64,000 nt of DNA from Octopus vulgaris (Eukaryota). The notes under the pieces are model-generated. The model was not told where the DNA came from, made no database searches, and saw only the letters and a program-made list of their open reading frames with translations. Below are positions 52,091 to 64,000 of the stretch, piece by piece; position 1 is the first letter of the stretch, and each line of letters begins with the position of its first letter. Location: assembly GCA_951406725.2 (NCBI GenBank), contig OX597819.1, positions 95,666,001-95,730,000 of the forward strand. Direction: 5' to 3'. The translations under genes and the position numbers were made by a program.

Positions 52091-53327
52091 CAAGAAAAAG
52101 GAAAAGGGAAAAAAATTTATTTGAGAGATAGGGAGCTGGGTAAAGTATAGTATGTTTAGTCGGACAAGCACAGGTGCTTTACTTTAAAGGAGACATGACT
52201 ACCCCACATTATGTGAGGGTGGGTGAGAGTAGCAAGAAGGGAGATAAGGATGGCCATGACAGAGTGTGGGAATGTACTTCACACACACACTATCTTATTT
52301 CTTAGACAAAGAATAGAACAAAATATTTAAAACTGACTGACTTCTTGCACTTGATGTAGAAGTGTATTTGTGCTATGAGACTTGATTACCAAGAAATATT
52401 GATATTTATATTTTAATACACCCCTTCAGTTGGCATATTGGAGCAATATGTGATAGCATTAATGAACCTTTATAACCAGTACTCATTTTATTGCCCTTAG
52501 AGGGATGAGCAAGCCCCTATGGAATATTAACTTAAAATATAGGCTTATAATACATTATTTTTTCTGTCTGCTCTTTATCACATTGTGAAGAAAAATATTG
52601 ATTGTATTTTACTGCTTGTTTTTAGAAAGATATATTTCTCAATAAAAGTATCATATACTATTTTTTTTGGAATATTTTCCCAATAAACTACTGTGAATAT
52701 ATTAAATGTTTGCACTTGGGAAAAATTGTCCTATATAAACATTGAATGTTGTTAATCTATTACATTATATTTTAACCCATTATTAAGAACATTTTGGATT
52801 TAGATTCTGTTGTATGATTCAGTATTTTTTATGAATTTCTTTCCAATTTGAATGCAACAGATTGCTACAAAGGACAATATTTCAAGTAGGTGCAGCAAGC
52901 ATATTATAGTGAGTTCAGTACCCAGCAAGTCAACATTTTTTACAAGTTGTTTATTGTACTTATACCATAGATATCTTTGAGAATGGCATAAATGTCCCAA
53001 TTGTCAATTATTATATACATACATTTCAGATTTGGGTGACATATCTGATATATATTAGCCAGTAAATAAAAATTACAATGGTTGTTACCCAGATGAAAAT
53101 GACAGTGAATGAGTAGATGAGTTGCTGATTTCTTTGAAGAATCTTGTTTGTGTTCTACAAATGCTGCAATTTTCTTATCTTAAGATAAATATTAAGATCC
53201 ACCTCCTTTATATGAAGGTAAGAACAGAGATCTTTTGCTGACAGAGCACAGAATGTTTAGTTTCTGTTATAAACCCAAACTGGAATATCTAAATTTAGAG
53301 GGTTTTAACCAACTAAAAATACAGTAA

Positions 53328-53650
53328 TCTATATATATAAAACTCAACTTGTGTGTCTGTGTGTGTGTCTGTGTGTGTGTCTGTGTGTTTAACTTCCCGG
53401 CACATCTTCTCCTAGCCAACAAATCGTAGAACCACCAAAAATGGGTCACTTAAAGTTTAGGCGGATGAAAATTGAACTGTGCTATTTCTGTTCCGAAATT
53501 CATCTCGCAAGTGCAAAAATCGATAATGTGTTTGTTTAGGCCTTATCCCATGCATTGAATCGTGAACTTTACTCAGTCAGCTGTTTGACGTGAACTGTGT
53601 TCACCACGCATGCAAGCATGCGCAAATTGCATGAAAAATAAAAAATCAAG
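53328..53650 (+). mobile_element. Non-autonomous Helitron-like 5' fragment
   Basis: A|TCTATATATATAAAACTCAACTTGTGTGTCTGTG start parallels the start of the 25879-26266 element; no hairpin-CTAG end seen. Confidence 0.55.
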
Positions 53651-55313
53651 ATATCCATTTGATTTATATGCTTTTTTCCTCTCCTCATCTTCTTTGCTAT
53701 ATCACTTTCTAGACCAGTGCAAGTCACACTTTTTTGAATTATTGCTTCTTTTCTTTTAGTAGCACTGCTTCCTAGCTACTCCTTAGTGATATTCTCTCCA
53801 TTTGTAATGTACATAGACATAATATCAGGCCAGAGTAATTGAATTCTGGATACTAGTCTGATGTGGGTAACTACTTTACCACAGCACCGTCCAAACATTC
53901 ACCATCCAACTGATTGATATGGAGTTGCTCATGAACACCAACCTCCAGCTCACAGGTGTGCTACCTCTTCACTCTGCTCACTCTACCTTTTGTCCCTTCT
54001 ACTACTTTGGCCTCAAATGATTTAAAGAAAATTTATTATATAATGAGTGTATCATTTCCATACTTTTTTTTTTATTTAAGTGAACAATCAGGGAAAAGTT
54101 ATTTCGCCTTTATTTCATTTTTATATAAAATGGATAACAACAAATGTCAATCAATAGTTTTGAAATGAAATCTTTGATCAGTCAGTCTTATCTACTATTC
54201 TATTTACAGTAAATTATAGCAAAGAGATGACTCAGAACAATTTCATTTGTTATGAACTTCTGGAGACATCTTTTGCAATTTTTACTGATACTAGAATACA
54301 TGATACATTTGGAAGATATTATATTCAGAAAATTTCTTTTTTTACCTCCGACTTCCTTGGCTGGAAACAAAATTAATTTAGCATTTTATTGGAAATTTGG
54401 TCAAAAGGCAAATGCTATAGTGTGGTGCAAAGAATCACTCAGTGTGATCTAAATTCATGACCTAGATTTATTCTCAGAATTAGCTATTTCACTGCATTTA
54501 TAATGCTAATGACTTGAAAATGCATCAGTGTTACAAATGCCATTTCATCTTCCAATCACTTCCTTCAAGCTTTATTCATAAATAGAAAAAAATAGCAGGG
54601 AACCATTTCAATATATACTTATATTTTAAACAGGCTATAAGCTTTGACTAGTAAGAGGTGTGCTTTTAAAGAAGTTAGGTTAAACCTTACATTGTTAAAT
54701 GCCAAATATTAAAAATACCAAAGAGTACAGGGAAATGGTTATTTTATGAAGTTTTGATATATTTAGTTAAGAGAAAAGAAGTTTAAAGAGAAAATATATG
54801 CATGGAAAATGGTGCATTAGACTTCCTCATTAGCATATAACTAGTTAGGCCCAGAGAACCTAGGAATATGACTGAAAGTTTTCAGGAGTTTTTCTAACTT
54901 ATTTCATGATCACAGTCAGTTGGCAGATTTAAAGAACTGTAATTAGATATTATAATTTTTCTATTAACTTCCTTGGCAATGTAAAAATGTTTTGCTATTG
55001 ACATCTGCACTATGTTTCAGTTGATTTGATCTCCAATTGTCATTACATAGATGTTTTATTCTTACATATGTGCATAGTGCCTAACTAGATTTCAACAAAG
55101 AGCTTTTATTTCTAAACTAAAATAGTAACAGTATTGTCCACTGTGCCATTGAGACACACATCCAGGAATAAGGTACCTGATGGTGACCAGAGATCAAGCT
55201 GATTGAAATTTAGTGTAGATATCAATATTAAACAATAGCTCATCTCTAATCATGAGGTCAATAGTCAAAAAATTATAACCTTAATAACAATAATTCATCT
55301 CAAATATTTACAG

Positions 55314-55521
55314 ATTTAAACCGGCCATATCTGGCCAGAATATTCTACTTTATGTTCCAACTGGCAAGATCTAGCCTCTCTCACCTACCATTCACTATTC
55401 TAAAAATAAAGAACCACAGTATCACAATCTCCAATCTACAAGTTAATGCATGATTAATTCAAAACAATGTGAATAAATAAACAGAACATTTGACAGAGTA
55501 GTCAGAATGCTAAAGGGTTAA
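55314..55521. mobile_element. piggyBac-like MITE, second copy (left end missing)
   Basis: Matches 4294-4380 joined to 4613-4730 (GCCATATCTGGCCAGAATATTCTAC...GCATGATTAATTCAAAACA); ends GGG-TTAA. Confidence 0.75.
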
Positions 55522-55983
55522 ACAGCTATATAAGGTATCTGATGCAGGGGTAGAAGTTTGAGGCCCTTTAGTAATTAATATGGCAAGGTGATACTATATC
55601 TGACAGGGTGAATAATGAATAATATCCATTTGTTTGTATCTGATATTTTTCTTTAAGTACAATGATTCTTCATGTTCACAAATTGAGCTTGGTAAAAAAT
55701 ATGCACATGGTATAGTAAATAAAGTCTTGACAGATGATACCTACAATTTTCTTTTCTAGTTGAAATAGCTTATCTTATTACAAAAATATTGATAGCAAAG
55801 GTAAATTTCCATTAAAAATATAGTCATTTATTTTTTGAGAATTCTTTTGGCATTTTCACTTTAAATATCTTTTTTGTCTTTTTGAGTGAAGTTTATGACT
55901 CTGAACTATCTTAAATAATTTAGGTTCTCTTAAATCTAACATTTTATTGCACTTATATCTGTAGTCTTATGTCTATAGGAGAC

Positions 55984-56147
55984 ATCATCATCGCCATTAT
56001 GATCATTATTTCCATATGTCTGTTGTACATGCTGGTACGGGTTGGACCGTTTGACAGGAGCTGGTAAGACCAGGAATGACACCAGGCTCCATTGTCTATT
56101 TTGGTGTGGTTTCTACAGCTGAATGCCCTTCTTTGTACCAACCACCT
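55984..56147 (-). mobile_element. RTE 3'-tail fragment
   Basis: CATGCTGGTACGGGTTGGACCGTTTGAC...GGTTTCTACAGCTGAATGCCCTTC. Confidence 0.75.
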
Positions 56148-56159
56148 TCATCAGAAAAA

Positions 56160-56370
56160 CGTTGTGCAGCATTTTTTCTGCTTCATTACATTCTGAGTTC
56201 AAATTCCACAAGGTCAACTTTGCTTTTAATTCTTTTGGGATCAATAGTATAAGTACCAGTTCAGCACAGGGGTTGGTGTAATTCACCAACCCCTCCCTGA
56301 AATATTTAAAGCCTTGTGCCTCTAGTTGAAAGAATTATTATTATCATCGTTGTTGTCGTCATTATTATTA

Positions 56371-56425
<55 letters not shown>
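56160..56425 (+). mobile_element. SINE family B with (ATT)n tail
   Basis: TTCTGAGTTCAAATTCC...GGTCAACTTTGC...TAAGTACCAGTT followed by a long (ATT)n. Confidence 0.75.
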
Positions 56426-58988
56426 CTAAGTAATTGCATGGTAAAGTGCTGGTGTGTGTGTCTTGCAGTATTTGTTTACATTCTTTTACATACATAGAAT
56501 TTAAATCCCATCAAAGTTAACTTTGCCATTATTATTCTTGGGTCAATAAAACAAGTACTAGCCAAATATTAGAGCTGATTAAATTGACTACACCCATCTC
56601 CAAATTTCTTGATTATCTGCCAGAAGTTATAAATTATTATTATTGTTGTTGTTCTTATTTGCATTTCTTCATTTTCAGTTTTTCTGCATCTTGGTACCCT
56701 ATATGTATTTACTTCTCTTTAGTGTCACCCCATAAGTTGAGGTAATAAATTATACATCATTTCATCTTTATGAATTATTTAAACAAAGAGTGATCTTTGG
56801 GTTGTCTCTCTTATCTACATTCCCCACCTTAGGTGACCATCACCAATAGATAATTTCTTTTCATATCTGAGGATTTGATAAAAGCATCCCATTCAAAAGA
56901 CTTCCAGCACATTTACACCTCTTTGGAATATTTCTTTTAAACTTTCACTAATTTCAGCTGATGTGATAATACATTCAGCACAAGTGCATTTTTTTTTAAC
57001 ACTTGCTGTCACATGAATATTTGTTTAATTTCTACAGATAATTTTCATCTGTTGTATACTTCTCATTCTTGTGGTTAGAAACATAACATATAAGTAATTT
57101 GTATTATAGATTTGAATGATACATTTGATTAACATGGTCCATGATCATGCTAGTGCAAAACAAGGTTTCTGATTTAATTCAGAAAAAAGTTTCATTGAAT
57201 GTGATAAACTGTGATACTCTGAGTATTTGATGAAAACATCTCATTTGAATGACTTCCAACATGTTTTAGATTAGTTGCTTTAGATTAGTTCTTTTCTTCC
57301 TTCACTGATTTCAGTTATTGGACTGTGGCTATATTGAGGCACTGCATTCAAGAGTATGGTCAATCACATTGGTCCCCAATACCTGGTTAATAGGGATATA
57401 TAATAGGGTAAAAACTAAAGCCAGCCTGGGTGGGATTCAAACTTAAAACATAAAGCTCTTCTGATCCTGCCATCCACAGCTATAATGTCAATGATTCAAT
57501 AATGGTTTAACTTCAATCAAGAAATTCTAATAAAGGAATAGTTTAAATAATAATTTATATGAAAATTTATTGTACTTATTTTTGAATTTGAGCAATCATT
57601 AAAACAATAAAAAATTACTAAAAAGTAATTTCTAGAGCTTCTTTTTAATATCCGTTTTGTTGTATGAATAAATAGAAAAATGAATAAATACTTGAATGCT
57701 TTCTGCCCTCTGACTCAACCATTAAAAAAAAAAAAGAAGAAAATTAGAAGTACACCAGTTCTAGAAGATTTTCAAGCAATAATAATGTTAATCTTGCATA
57801 AATATTGATTTCTAACACAGTTGCAAATTTTGCTGTGGGAGTACAGTCAATTAAAATTATTTCAGTATTTGGCTGGTATTTATTTTACCAGCACCAGAAC
57901 ATTGAAAAGCAATATTGGCCTGATGGGATTTGAATTTAGGAGCAAAAAACAGTACAACGAAATCCAGCATGACATTTTGTTTGAAGTTCTCTTCCGAACT
58001 TGTTCATCCCACTAACCTAATATTGCATAAATATTAATGCAGATGACTTCAAGAGATTCAAGAAAGTCTTGTGATACCATTAGTACTAAATACCCTCCAA
58101 TTTCAAATAGCAACCACACTGCAACAAACTTCTCATTGAGTTAATTATTTGTTAATCCTCTGAATTTTTGTAATTCCTCTATCCTCAGAATAATAAACTT
58201 GTTATGACAAATCTTCTGTCTTCTTTCTCTTTACAAAAGTAATTAATATTAGTTTCAAATTTTGGCACAAAGTCAGTTACAGTAATTAATATTAATATTA
58301 ATTAAAGTTTTAGTATGCTTATTAAAAATATTCAGTGTTATTCACAATGCAAAATAATGATTTCTTCACAACTGGCATGAAAACCTTTTGTATTGAAAAG
58401 AAATGAATTGAATTATACCCTAGTATCTTACTGATTTTATTTTATTAACTTTAGAGACACAACAAACAGAATTCTATCTCTATGTGATTTTACTTCTGAA
58501 CCGAGATGTAAATGGAGATACTGTGATACATCTTGTTTTTGAAAATTTTCTAAATGTTGTTGAAGTAAGGATTTCATTTTTCAGACCATGGGCTCTTTTC
58601 TTGACATAGCTGATGTAGTTTTATCCATTCAACACTAACATATCACTGGTACTTAGTCATTCCTAGACAGATGAAATAATCTGTTCCATTTTGCAAACTT
58701 ATTTGTATTACTATTAGTTGATACAGAATATCAACAATTTTCCCAGATTCTGCTGTTTCTCTAAGATGATCAATGCACAATTTGCACTCAAAAACATTAA
58801 TTGGCTAGTACATTATGTTTCTGATGCCAACTTGATTGTGATTTTAAGCCTGAACAGAAGTGAACTGAAACCATGTTATTAGGTCAAAATTATTATTAAA
58901 CTACATTTCAAATATTACTAAACACTCCACTAAAAACTATACACATTGATCTGAATCAGTTTTAAGGTTTCCTTAATAAAAAAAAATC

Positions 58989-59091
58989 CATAATATTATT
59001 TCTTATAATTAACTAAAATTAACATAATATCATTTCTTATAATTAACTAAGATTAACATAATATTATTTCTTATAATTAACTGAGATTAAC
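58989..59091. repeat. 34-bp minisatellite, 3 copies
   Basis: CATAATATTATTTCTTATAATTAACTAARATTAA repeated. Confidence 0.92.
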
Positions 59092-60667
59092 TATAATTTA
59101 GAGGCAACTACACAACAAACACATCAAAAATATTGTCCCTACTAAAGTAGTAGGTTAGCACCACAAACTCTATGGCCGTCTTCTCCATTTTGCCCTGTCC
59201 TCTGTATTCTCTTTCAACAACCCCTTGCCCTCATTTCTGCTGCTATCATTTTTTACCTTGTCTTTCTCTTCCCCTTCCTCTACTTTCTTTCACATTGATT
59301 TCAATCACTCTTCCCAGTTATTTTCAAGCTTCCTCAGCACATATCCCAAACATTTTATTCTATTTCTCTTTACAGCATCCATCACTGGTTCTATTCCCTT
59401 CTTTCTCTGCAACTTTTGTTTGTCTTCTTCCCTCAGTCATACTCTTCTCCTCCACTGAACCAATTCCATTTCCATTCTTTCCAGTTGTCTCTGATTCTCC
59501 ATGCTTATTACTCATGTATTATTCTCACAAGTCATAACATTTCTTACACATGTGGCATACACTTTGCCCATCAGTTTCAGTGAGACTCTCTTCCTCATTA
59601 GCATGCTATTCCATTTTTGGATGTTCTCCCATACACATCTCACTCTTGACACTGTTGTTGTATCTGATCCACCTTCTCCATTCAGCACTTTCCATCTTCA
59701 CACCATTTCTAAGATCTAGTTCACTATTCTGTTTTCAGCTCCCTCCATGTAGTGGCTACATTGCTTTCGTTAAATGAAAGAGAGAAAAATAGATCCCATT
59801 ATGAAATTAATTAAAAAATTAATAAGATTTAAATGTGTTTATCCACTAAACATATTGTTTTTCATATTGGTCATATTTTGCTTGGCTAGATAGGATGAAA
59901 AGAGTAAGTGGTACAGCATAATATGAAAAAAATTATAATTTAACCAGTATTAATTAATAACTAAGCTAGGATTAATAAAAGAATAAACTTAATGCAAAAA
60001 GAAAAAAAAGCAACTATAAAGTCAAAATTAGTGTTTGATTATTTCCTTATTAAGTTTTACTTAATATCTACAGTTTGATTAAACATGTAAAGCTATTTCT
60101 CAAGAAACCATTTTCTTTTTTTAGTTATATAGAGAAGCTAAAAGGAATTTACAGTGTCAGTTTGCTCAATGAAAACTTAACATTATATCATGTGAGAGAC
60201 TGAACATTCATTACTTAAGAAAATTCTTCCACCTAAACAGTCTTACAATTTTCAGTTATCATTTCTCTAGAACTATGTGAGTTACTCTGTCTGTGATTTC
60301 ATGCTGCCATCTTGAACTAAGGGAAAACAAACGTTCATAATTTTGACCTTTTTTTTTAGTGTTTTATTTTGCATTCTTCTTTTTCTTGTTAGTAGCAATA
60401 TTATAAAACTTTAGCCAATGAAGCACTGGATCCTTACTGTTACTTCTGTTTACTTCAGTGCAACTCATATGTCACTGATGAAGCCTACAGCTCTCAGGAA
60501 ACTCACAATTCTTATTTGAGGTAAAAAAAAAAAAAAAAAAAAAAAGCACTGACACTAATGACTTTGAAACCATTTTTTGGGGGGTTCACCTGGAGAAGTT
60601 TTTTATAAGTGTTTCACAGTTTCATCTCATGACTGGATCACCAGAGAAAATATGGCTGTGTTACACT

Positions 60668-61117
60668 CCATCATCAATGTATTTTTAATGCCTACTTTTC
60701 CATGCTTGCATGGGCCCAGTGAAATTTATTGAGGCAGATTTTCTGCAAGGGGATGCCCTTCCTGTCATGAATCCTCACATATTTCTAAGCAAGGTATTAT
60801 ATTTCCTCATGGCCAAACAGTTCTTGCAAAATATTGGAAATGACTGACACTTATATCACAGTGCAAAATATTGGAAATGGCTGACATTTATTATATACAG
60901 CTATCACATGTCAAGGCAAAGAGACACAAACATGCATGTGCACACACACATAATGAGCTTCTTTCACTTTCTACCTATTCATCTACCAAATCCACTGACA
61001 AAGCTTTGATCAACCCAGGGTTATAGTGGAAGACACTTTGCCAAGATGCCATACAGTGGAATTGAACCCACAACCATGTGATTGGGAAGCAAACTTCTTA
61101 CCACAGCCATGCCTGCA
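60668..61117 (-). mobile_element. SINE with family A head and RTE-like 3' tail
   Basis: Head reverse complement at 60955-61117 (ACCAAATCCACT...ACCACAGCCATGCCTGCAC); tail TTTTCCATGCTTGCATGGG...GGATGCCCTTCC and CATCATCA. Confidence 0.8.
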
Positions 61118-61816
61118 CTAATTTTTTTTCAGTGAAAGACTGAATCTTTGCTTTTGTCTATATCATCAGAATTACATTAAAAACAGAGCAATTGTACATC
61201 TGATAAAGATTCAGAATGTGGTATACTTTATATTCACATTTTCTACACTGTTTAAAAATGTATACTTTTTTACTCTGTTTATAAACATATCCTTTTTCCT
61301 AGACTGTTTATAAACATACACTTTTTCTTAACATATGGCAACATTTTACAAGACTGTCTCCAAGTTTACTACTTAGTTTTGACCTCCAAATTTTGAAGTT
61401 AGATAATCTAGCTGATTTGAATCATTTATAATTTATAATTTCTTCCAATTATATTGAACTATTCTCTCCACTTTAAATTTTTTAAAATTAGTAGTGTCTA
61501 TAGTGCAGAATATCCTATGGAAAGTATTTAAGTTTGCTTTCTTTTCCATTACCGCAAAATTACAAATATCAGGTCAACTGTCTTTCTGTCTGGGATATTT
61601 GTTTATCAGTGCCATCTTAAATCCCTTATAGCCTATTAACTCTTGTATATAACTTTTTGTTGTTTTCTAAAGATGAATGCTATATATTATCCTAACATAA
61701 CTTCAGGGATTATTGCCAGGGACTTTTCAAATCATAATTATGTTTTATTTATCCTTTTATGAAATTCAAAACAAAATAGTTAAAATAGTTTTATTTTACT
61801 TTTATTTCCATTTTAG

Positions 61817-61950
61817 AATAACATTGAAGAATGCTTCTAGATCTGCTGAAGTTGAAATATTGACTTTTGGAGCTATTATATCAAAAATTATAGTTCCTGA
61901 TAAAAATGGTGACATGAAAGACATTGTGCTTGGCTTTGAAAATGTTAAAG
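61817..61950 (+). CDS. GALM: Internal coding exon of aldose 1-epimerase / galactose mutarotase
   Basis: Polypyrimidine tract plus TTTTAG acceptor and GTAAGT donor flank 134 bp encoding ITLKNASRSAEVEILTFGAIISKIIVPDKNGDMKDIVLGFENVK, the N-terminal mutarotase motif (GA.I.S..VPD+.G...D+VLGF). Confidence 0.92.
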
Positions 61951-62394
61951 GTAAGTTGAAAGTATTTTAATTTTTTGATAAATAATCAATATTGATATAA
62001 TTACTGTCAAAAAATAATTTCGCAATTTTAAAACAATTTAATACAATGTAACCCTTTAAATCCATCTATGTAAATCTTATTTTTAAGCATTATTTTGAAT
62101 TTTTTGTTTTGCATGGTAGCTTTGGATATGATTGTGTATGGATGCTCTTCTTACAGTTCTGATAATATTATCTGGTGTGTTTATCATGGGACTTCCATGA
62201 AAAAGGCTTTCTTATTGAACTAGAAACAGTCTTTGTTGTACATAATTTTATTTTGGAATGTCTCATATTGTACATGTCTGGTCTTGTATAAGTCATTTAT
62301 TATTACAGAAATCAAATGTCTTCCTTTAAAATTAAAATGGTTTGTCGAAGGAGGTAGTCAGTTGGCAGAATTGTTAGAGCATTAAATATGACTC

Positions 62395-62560
62395 AAATAA
62401 TTAGGAAGAGAATCTAGATGAGATACAGTTTGATTTTGTACTAGGAAATAATACTGCTGATGACCTTTTCTTGGTGAGGTAATGCTGGAGAAATATTTAG
62501 TTAAAAGTAAGCTTCTAATTAGCATTCAACTTGGCATTTCTCAACTTTGAGAAAGCCTCT
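62395..62560 (+). mobile_element. Short degenerate RTE RT fragment
   Basis: CTAGATGAGATACAGTTTGATTTTGTACTAGGA (LDEIQF.FV.G) and TTTGAGAAAGCC. Confidence 0.6.
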
Positions 62561-62659
62561 ACTTCCATTCAGCTGAGGGGCTCTTTACTTTTACAAATTA
62601 CCTTGGACTTCACTGATGTTGGTACTGCACACAATCAAATACACACAGTACATTTTGTA

Positions 62660-62822
62660 AAGTAATTGGTATTAGGAAGGGCATCCAGCCATAGAAACCA
62701 TGCCAAAACTTTGACACTGGAGCAAGATGTAGTACCCAAACTTATTAGATCATATCAGATTGTCCAACCCATGCTAGCATGGAATGTAGGTATGAAATAA
62801 TGATGATGATTATGATGATGAC
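62660..62822 (+). mobile_element. RTE 3'-tail fragment with (ATG)n
   Basis: TTAGGAAGGGCATCCAGCCATAGAAAC...GTCCAACCCATGCTAGCATGGA...TGATGATGAT. Confidence 0.85.
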
Positions 62823-64000
62823 AACAATAACTAATGTTGTTGTGTAGGTTTTCAAAAATAAAATATTCCATATCCACCTTGGAGTGTATCAAGCATATTT
62901 TTATCCAATTAGTTGGAAACCTTTAGAGCCCTTATGTAATAACTCTTGAAGTTCATGGGAATTAATCCAATGATTATGCAAGAGATATTTAAAACCAAAA
63001 AGAAGGGATTACATTCAGAAATTTATCAGTCAAGTCTGGCAAGATTAAAGTTTTAGTCAGTCATAGAATCTCTTCAGTGAAAAGGGAAGTAGCCATATTT
63101 GGTTGACAGTAATTAAATTTCCCACAAACAATTTAGAAAATTCCAGACAAGGAAGCCACAGGTCAGTTTATAGATTAGATAACCTGGGTTTAATTAAATC
63201 TTTGTATATAATTAATTATAGAGTAACACAAGTTTTGCTTGTGATTAAAATATGATGAGGGACCTGTTGCCTTTACTGATAAAAAGTAAATTCAGTATTT
63301 GCATAATCTTAATGTTGTAAGAGAGGTGTGTAGAGAAAGAATATTTATCTTTGGATGTGTCATGGGAATCTGTTACACTGAGTTTAAATAAGTTGGAAAG
63401 GAATTATTTTAATGGACAGGATGATGGATAAGAGAAAGGAAATCGTAATTGTTTCAGCTTATGATATGTATGGTGATGATGATGATGGCTTTTTTAGAAA
63501 TTTGCTTGTGGACAGTGTATAAATCAAATGTGACACAAGAAAGTTCTCTAGATTATTGAGTCTCTGATAGAAATCTGAGTAGAAAACACTTCAGTTTTTC
63601 TTCTTGGTCATTCTCTCCAACACCTTTAAAATAGTTTAGTCTTCCCCTTCTCCAACTAACATCAACTTTCTAAGAAACTACTTTATCTTTTCTCTACAGG
63701 TTTTCTTTTTTAATACCAGGTTTCAGTTTTCAATTAAAACACATTTTAGATTGTTTATCATTTTCTGATCATTCACTATAGAATAATGTGGTTTGGCACA
63801 ATCCAACCTAAATTTGTATTTAACTCAGTGTGCAGCTGATTTTTTTAAAGATAAAATTTTTTGTCAATTTTTCTTATGTGCTTAAGCCTTTATTGATCCC
63901 TCATTCTACCATTAAAATTCCCTCCTATGGTGATAATGTCTTTGCTATCTATCTTTATGGTATTCGTTAATGACAGAATATATCACTTTCTTTATCAGTC

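Noticed and set aside
53820-54000. Possible CR1-like LINE 3' fragment or exon
   Set aside because: Only faint motif similarity and no splice-bounded open frame; too weak to call.
60470-60505. Possible second hammerhead (CTGATGA-AGCCT...AGGAAAC)
   Set aside because: Stem II cannot close correctly before GAAA, and no stem I/III or cleavage triplet is evident.

Overview
AT-rich eukaryotic (animal) genomic DNA. It is probably cephalopod/Octopus-like, an inference from the SINE/RTE repertoire and the dense (TA)n, (CA)n and (ATC)n microsatellites. Almost the whole window is intronic or intergenic and full of transposable elements. These include a nearly intact RTE-clade LINE (~42050-46056) carrying a PHD-type zinc finger inside its RT region and an 11-unit structured repeat array in its 3' UTR, and several decayed RTE copies. 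There are also two R4-like restriction-endonuclease LINE remnants meeting tail-to-tail at an (AAT)n tract, Tx1/L1 and CR1-like fragments, a complete but dead Tigger/pogo transposon, mariner and Helitron remnants, MITEs and many tRNA-derived SINEs. A tRNA-headed foldback element at 1261-1578 carries a hammerhead ribozyme core. The only host coding sequence I can support is one internal exon of aldose 1-epimerase/galactose mutarotase (GALM) at 61817-61950. Most short ORFs in the supplied track are microsatellite or TE artefacts. Boundaries of decayed elements were read by eye and are approximate.
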